NCBI GenBank assembly: GCA_964372275.1
Contig: CAYJRR010000047.1
Location: 1-32,145, forward strand
Direction: 5' to 3'
Source: an uncultured bacterium
GTDB lineage: Bacteria; CAYJRR01
DNA length: 32,145 nt
The position numbers and the translations under genes were made by a program. Numbering within the stretch: the stretch's first letter is position 1; the number at the start of each line of letters is the position of its first letter. The notes under the pieces are model-generated. The model did not search any database, was not told where the DNA came from, and worked only from the letters and a program-made list of their open reading frames with translations. Below, one piece after another: positions 26,681-32,145 of this stretch.

Positions 26681-28840
26681 TCACGGAACCTGGACGCCGC
26701 TGTCGTAGATGCGGAAGATCGGCCCCTGCTCGCGGGCCACGGCGATCACATAGCCCATGGCGTGCGCGCCGAGGTCGGCGGTGCAGGCGCCGGAAAACCG
26801 GCCGCCCGCGGCCGCGATCGCGCGGCGCACGACGGGCTGGCCGTCGGCGGTCCGGACGAGCTGGCCGGCGGCCGGATCGGCGAACTCGAAGATCTGGCAC
26901 GAGGCGTAGCCGGTCCCGTAGCCGACGGCGGGGTCGGATGGGAAGGCGAGATGCCCGTCGGGAGTCGCGCTGAGGAACAGCCTCGCGCCGGCGGTGAGCA
27001 GACTTGGCGCGTTGATGCGCCCGTTCACCGAACCCACCGCGCGCGCGTCGTCGTTCGACAGCAGGCGCGAGACATGGACCCACGACGCGCCGTGCGTCTC
27101 CGACCGGAGCAGGTCGATGCGGATCCCGGAATCGGCGGTCACGCAGCCGAGGGCGAGGTAGATCGAATCCCCCAGCACCGCCGCCCCCGGCTCGGTGACG
27201 GCGAGGCAGTCCTCCATCCCGAGGATCGCGTTCACGTTGGTCGGCGCGGTGCCGCCGCCCAGTGTCTGCGTGGTGCGCCGGAAGAAGTCCCAGTCGAGGA
27301 CGCGCGAGCCGGTCCAGGTCTGCTCGGGGGAGCGCGCGGTGAAGAGCGAGATCCACCCGAGGTGGTAGAAGATCTTCTCCCCCTCCTGGAAGTAGGTGTG
27401 GGTGAAGACCTTCCAGACCTTCGCCGGATCGGGATCGGTCGGGTCGTAGACGATCGACGAGACCTCGTGCGTCATCCGGCCGTCGCACGTCCTGCCGACG
27501 ACGCCGCCGCAGAGCGCCGGGTCTCCGTCGAGGTTGGTGATCGATGCGGGGGTGTTCGCGTTCACGTCCCGGACGTAGTGCCAGCTCGCGCCGCCGTCGA
27601 CCGAGGCGGCGAGCCGCGTGAGGACGTTCCCCGGGACGCTGGAGTAGGTCATCAGGCCGATCGGCGAGCCCGCCGGGTACCACAGGGCCGCGTCGAAGAT
27701 CCCATGCGTGCTCCCGGCATCGCCGGCGACGGTCACCTCCGGCGCGATGAGCGGATCGACCTCCCGCGGCGACGCGATCCGCACCGGACCGACCAGGCGG
27801 CCGTCGAGATGGATGCGGAACGCCCCACACCCGTCCCAGGTGAGCGAGAGCACGTGCGTTGCGTCCGCGTCCTGGGATGCGAGCGAGACCGTGCCCTGGT
27901 CGATCGAGCCGTCGCAGCGAGGATCGAACGACAACGTTCCCCCCGCCGACCCGGCCGTGGTGGCGACGGCGACGATCCTCCGCCCGTCGACCGTGACGTC
28001 CGCGGTGCCGGCCAGCGCGAGTCGGCCGGCAACCAGGGCCGACCCGGGCGCCCACGGCCCCGACGGCGTGTATCCCTGGGCGAGCCCGACGCGCTCGTGT
28101 ACGTCGTGGACGTCGCCGGTGATCGAGTCGGATAGATGGAGGTCGGACGATCTTGCGATCGTCATCCCGAAGGCCTGACCGGCGACCGTTCCGGCCCCAG
28201 CGTCCACCGATTCGGCCGTATGGAGGGCCAGCCGGGCGTCGTCCGCGTCGGCGCCGACCGTCAGGTTGGACTCGTACCGGAAAGCCAGCCCCGCCACCGC
28301 CGGATCGAGATCGCGGAGGACGACGAATCCGTCGAGGCCGACGGTCACCGATCCCTGCACGGAGAGACAACCGGCGTAGGTGATCGAGAGGGTGGTCGGT
28401 ATCCCGTCGCCGTCCGGATCGGCGGCGCCGCCGTCGACCGTCATCGATCCGCCGGCGGGACAGACGGCGCTCTCCGGCGCGAATCCGAGCAGGACCTCGC
28501 CGGCGCGGCGGCCGAGGTCGTCCACGGCCCTACGCAATCGGGACGGCACCGGCGCGGACGGTCGCGCCATCGACGGCGCGAAGGCGGCGCCCAGCGCGAC
28601 ACGGGGCTCCAGGTAGGCGAGATTGGAGAGCAGGCTGGCCGCGATCTCCTGCCCGACGAGATCGCCATCCGCCGCGTCGATCGACGGACGCAGGTCGGTG
28701 ATCCGCGGCTCGCCGCAGCCCGCGATCGCGCCCGACAGGACCAGCACGAGAAAGATCCGTCGCGCCCCGGCGCGCGTCGATCCCGGATGCGTCGCGTCGA
28801 TCCCTTCGCACGGCGGATGCTGCTCCCTCGACCGATTCAT
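26681..28840 (-). CDS. Lipoprotein with a C-terminal Asp-box (sialidase-like) beta-propeller
   Basis: GAGGGGG RBS, lipobox IFLVLVLSGAIAGC, a CPAGGS...ITYAGC domain with DPDGDG, and Asp-boxes SVDGGASW and SETHGASW. Confidence 0.75.
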   Translation of the reverse strand: MNRSREQHPPCEGIDATHPGSTRAGARRIFLVLVLSGAIAGCGEPRITDLRPSIDAADGDLVGQEIAASLLSNLAYLEPRVALGAAFAPSMARPSAPVPSRLRRAVDDLGRRAGEVLLGFAPESAVCPAGGSMTVDGGAADPDGDGIPTTLSITYAGCLSVQGSVTVGLDGFVVLRDLDPAVAGLAFRYESNLTVGADADDARLALHTAESVDAGAGTVAGQAFGMTIARSSDLHLSDSITGDVHDVHERVGLAQGYTPSGPWAPGSALVAGRLALAGTADVTVDGRRIVAVATTAGSAGGTLSFDPRCDGSIDQGTVSLASQDADATHVLSLTWDGCGAFRIHLDGRLVGPVRIASPREVDPLIAPEVTVAGDAGSTHGIFDAALWYPAGSPIGLMTYSSVPGNVLTRLAASVDGGASWHYVRDVNANTPASITNLDGDPALCGGVVGRTCDGRMTHEVSSIVYDPTDPDPAKVWKVFTHTYFQEGEKIFYHLGWISLFTARSPEQTWTGSRVLDWDFFRRTTQTLGGGTAPTNVNAILGMEDCLAVTEPGAAVLGDSIYLALGCVTADSGIRIDLLRSETHGASWVHVSRLLSNDDARAVGSVNGRINAPSLLTAGARLFLSATPDGHLAFPSDPAVGYGTGYASCQIFEFADPAAGQLVRTADGQPVVRRAIAAAGGRFSGACTADLGAHAMGYVIAVAREQGPIFRIYDSGVQVP

Positions 28841-28870
28841 GGCGTGCCCCCCCTCGCACCGACGAAGGGG

Positions 28871-28885
28871 GCACGCGGCGTGCCA
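28871..28885 (-). promoter_or_regulatory. Sigma54 (-24/-12) promoter
   Basis: Minus strand TGGCACG-CCGC-GTGC with exact spacing, 30 nt upstream of ATG 28840. Confidence 0.72.
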
Positions 28886-28982
28886 CGGGCGCCTCGATGA
28901 TTTCTCGAGCGAATTCAACGCGCCCGAGGCCCGAGACGGGCCGCGGATCCGGGGGATCGCCACCCCCGCTGCACGAAATGCT

Positions 28983-31256
28983 TCAGCCGTTCGGACGGGT
29001 TTCCTGGAGCGAGACCCGCACCGGGATCCCCGACGAGCCGGCCCGGTAGCTCTTGATCTTCTCGGTGATCACGCCGACGAACGCCGGGTCGTCGGGCATC
29101 AGGATCTCTTCGTCGAACTCGGTGAACGTCTCCCGCATCTTGGCGTAGGTCATCCGCTCGTCGATCGCGCGGACGATCTGGAAGCTGTGCTCTCCGTCCG
29201 CCATCCCGTACCAGAACCCCGGCCAGAAGTGCGCCATCTTGTCGGTCGGGAGGTACTTCACCTTCCTGTTCCGGATCCCGTCCATCTCGAACGCGGTCTT
29301 CCCGTCGCTCCAGCAGGAGAGGTTCCCCACGAACAGGTGCGAATCGCCACGCGCCGCCATCACGTCGAAGAAACGGGCGTAGTCGACCGTTTCGAAGCCG
29401 TCGGGGCCGCCGTGCCGCCCCTCGCCGTCCTTGTTCCCGAGGACGGTGATGCGGTGCGGCTTGCCGTCGTCGGTCCGCTTCTCCAGGACGATCTCGTCGC
29501 CCGTCTTGTTGGCGCGGAACATCCCCGCGTCGTATGCGTATCCGTTGGCGTGCGCGTGCTTGATGAAGTAGTCGATCACCGGCTTCCCGTCGGCCCGCTT
29601 CTGGCCGAGCACCTCGAAGAACCGATCGCGGATCGACACGCCGCTCCTCCGGGAGACCTCACGGAAGCCCATCGACTTGAGCGCCCGGACCACGGTGTCG
29701 GCGTCCCGGGTGTGGTAGCCGCTCACCATCAGGCCGTCGACCTTTCCGTCGGCGTAGATGTCGGCGTGGGGGGGCGCCGCGTCACGGGTGACGAAGTCGA
29801 TCGCTTCGTCGGAGGTCGCCGGCCGCGGAGGAAGCGACAGGCGCACCTTGCGGATCCGGTCGCCGCACGTGAGGGTCACGTCGTAGCTGCGGTTCTTGTT
29901 CGGATCGGTGGTCGACGTCTCGCGGAACACCAGCTCCGAGATCGGGAAGCTCTCGTCGGTCTTGAAGCTGTCGGGCCAGTAGATCCCGCGCCGATCCCAG
30001 TCGTGGTCGGTGAGGATCTCGCCGGTGGTGCCGTCGGCCTTCACGTGACGGACCGAGTCGAGCACGCATTTGCCGGGGAAGACGACGCGCAGGTTGGCGT
30101 TGGAGTCGAAACGCGAGCCGGCGAGCCCCATCGCCTCTCCGGTCGCTTCGGTCGACGCGGGCGCCGGCGGAAGCCCGAGCTTCTGGCGGACGGCGCCGTT
30201 GACCAGCCGCGCCAGCTCGCGCGCCATCTCCGGCGGGACCTCCCGCACCTTGTCGTCGCCGGCGAAGTAGGTCTTCTTGACGTACGTCGACATCGCGGCG
30301 CCGGTCAGCTCCGTGCCGAACGCCTGTTCGGCCCGCGACCAGACGTTGAACGAGCCCTTGATCGCGTCGACGGCCGCGTCCAGCTTCTGCAGCTCCTTCG
30401 GTCCGTTCCCCAGCAGGTGCATCGCCCATCCCAGCGCCAGCCCGTCGGCGAGCGCATCGTCGTTCGCCGCCGCGGCGTCGCAGGCCTCGGTGTGGAAGCC
30501 GGCGGCGCCCGAAAGCCGGATCGGGCGGTTCGCGGCGAAGGTCCGGAGCAGCTCGGCCGGGACCGGATCCGCGGAGGGCGTCTGGATACGGGCGAAGAGG
30601 TCGTTGAGCAGCTTCCGCCGCGGGTCGTCCTCGCCGGCGCCGGAGAGCCGCTCGAACCGCTCGATGCGCGTCTTCGCCGGCGAGAGCGCGTAGTCGGAGC
30701 CCGCCTTCAGGTAGTCGCGGGCGGCGTCGAGCAGGGCGCCGACCGCCTCGGCGTAGGCCGCCTCCTTCTTGTACCAGCCGGGTAGCTTCTCGGCGGCGAG
30801 TCCGTCCCCCCAGCTCGAGGTGATCGTTTCGCGATAGGCGCGGAGATCGGCGTCGACCTTCACGCCGTGGATGGTGAGGTCGTCGCCCCATCCGCTCGAC
30901 GGGCCGGCGAGCCAGGCGTGCAGGTAGGACTGGGTCAGAACCGACTCGCGCGCCAGCGCCGCCTGCCCGCAGTCCTTGGCGACGGCGCCGAAGTCGCGCG
31001 CCAGCTGCTCCTCGGCGGCGCGCGTCGCGGGCGACGACGGGTCGGAGCAAAGGCGGGTTCCGAGCGCCTGGATCCGGGTCTCGACCTCGATCACCCGGGC
31101 GACGCAGAGGTCGTCGCTGGAGATCGCGAAGCCGTTGCCGATCGTGCCCGGCGCGCACTCCTCCGCGGCCGGCTGCGCCAGGGCGGCGGGGGCGAGGAGC
31201 GCCGCCGCGACCGCAAGGCCAAGTCCAGGGAACGACAGACGAAGACGAGCGCGCAC
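28983..31256 (-). CDS. Large secreted hypothetical protein, possible C-terminal His-Cys peptidase-like domain
   Basis: GGAGG 9 nt before GTG 31256. Signal RARLRLSFPGLGLAVAAALLAPAALA|Q. C-terminal DYFIKHAH and FVGNLSCWS. Confidence 0.72.
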   Translation of the reverse strand: MRARLRLSFPGLGLAVAAALLAPAALAQPAAEECAPGTIGNGFAISSDDLCVARVIEVETRIQALGTRLCSDPSSPATRAAEEQLARDFGAVAKDCGQAALARESVLTQSYLHAWLAGPSSGWGDDLTIHGVKVDADLRAYRETITSSWGDGLAAEKLPGWYKKEAAYAEAVGALLDAARDYLKAGSDYALSPAKTRIERFERLSGAGEDDPRRKLLNDLFARIQTPSADPVPAELLRTFAANRPIRLSGAAGFHTEACDAAAANDDALADGLALGWAMHLLGNGPKELQKLDAAVDAIKGSFNVWSRAEQAFGTELTGAAMSTYVKKTYFAGDDKVREVPPEMARELARLVNGAVRQKLGLPPAPASTEATGEAMGLAGSRFDSNANLRVVFPGKCVLDSVRHVKADGTTGEILTDHDWDRRGIYWPDSFKTDESFPISELVFRETSTTDPNKNRSYDVTLTCGDRIRKVRLSLPPRPATSDEAIDFVTRDAAPPHADIYADGKVDGLMVSGYHTRDADTVVRALKSMGFREVSRRSGVSIRDRFFEVLGQKRADGKPVIDYFIKHAHANGYAYDAGMFRANKTGDEIVLEKRTDDGKPHRITVLGNKDGEGRHGGPDGFETVDYARFFDVMAARGDSHLFVGNLSCWSDGKTAFEMDGIRNRKVKYLPTDKMAHFWPGFWYGMADGEHSFQIVRAIDERMTYAKMRETFTEFDEEILMPDDPAFVGVITEKIKSYRAGSSGIPVRVSLQETRPNG

Positions 31257-31287
31257 CGGTCGGGCCCTCCAGGGGCGCCCCGAACGA

Positions 31288-31302
31288 GCAATCGACGTGC
31301 CG
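31288..31302 (-). promoter_or_regulatory. Sigma54 (-24/-12) promoter
   Basis: Minus strand CGGCACG-TCGA-TTGC(T), near consensus, 31 nt upstream of GTG 31256. Confidence 0.78.
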
Positions 31303-31406
31303 CACCTATCGGTCCGGAATTGCGGGGGATCGCACCCACGTGGGGCGGCGATTTCCCGCTCCGCCGGGAGATCGCTGCCGCGGTGCGCCACGCCGGTCCG
31401 ACGCGC

Positions 31407-32145
<739 letters not shown>

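Noticed and set aside
28841-28876. RNA thermometer upstream of the lipoprotein gene
   Set aside because: The stem is almost all G-C, so it is unlikely to melt, and its 5' arm lies upstream of the predicted sigma54 start site.
707-30785. Many very long overlapping ORFs (e.g. 707..3595+, 2965..5733+, 8094..10814-, 23292..26594+, 28623..30785+)
   Set aside because: They are antisense or frame shadows of real genes in high-GC DNA: Arg/Gly/Pro-rich translations with no motifs.

Overview
Very GC-rich bacterial DNA with Myxococcota/deltaproteobacteria-like gene content, probably a whole metagenomic contig: bases 7-39 are a degraded Illumina adapter and the genes at both ends are truncated. Left to right: (1) a partial beta-propeller-like protein; (2) a minus-strand cluster of a GT-C membrane glycosyltransferase, a lipoprotein fusing a nitrilase/C-N hydrolase domain (catalytic Cys replaced by Ser) to an Asp-box propeller, and a Tat-exported flavin amine oxidase; (3) divergent fadI-fadJ beta-oxidation genes, a DUF6265-like protein and a frameshifted HExxH protein; (4) a type IV pilin with no assembly genes nearby, between two unknown genes; (5) pcnB poly(A) polymerase with a sigma70 promoter and a long Arg/Pro-rich tail; (6) a chemosensory operon cheA-cheW-mcp-cheB-cheR-cheY-cheX-cheY-cheX/C-like with several non-standard parts; (7) three unknown exported proteins, each with its own sigma54 -24/-12 promoter; (8) the 3' end of acetyl-CoA synthetase. 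No rRNA, tRNA, CRISPR array or transposase was seen. The best novelty candidates are the Ser-nucleophile amidase plus Tat amine oxidase module beside fadIJ, and the sigma54-driven secreted-protein block running into the che operon. All family calls come from motif recognition by eye, not database searches.
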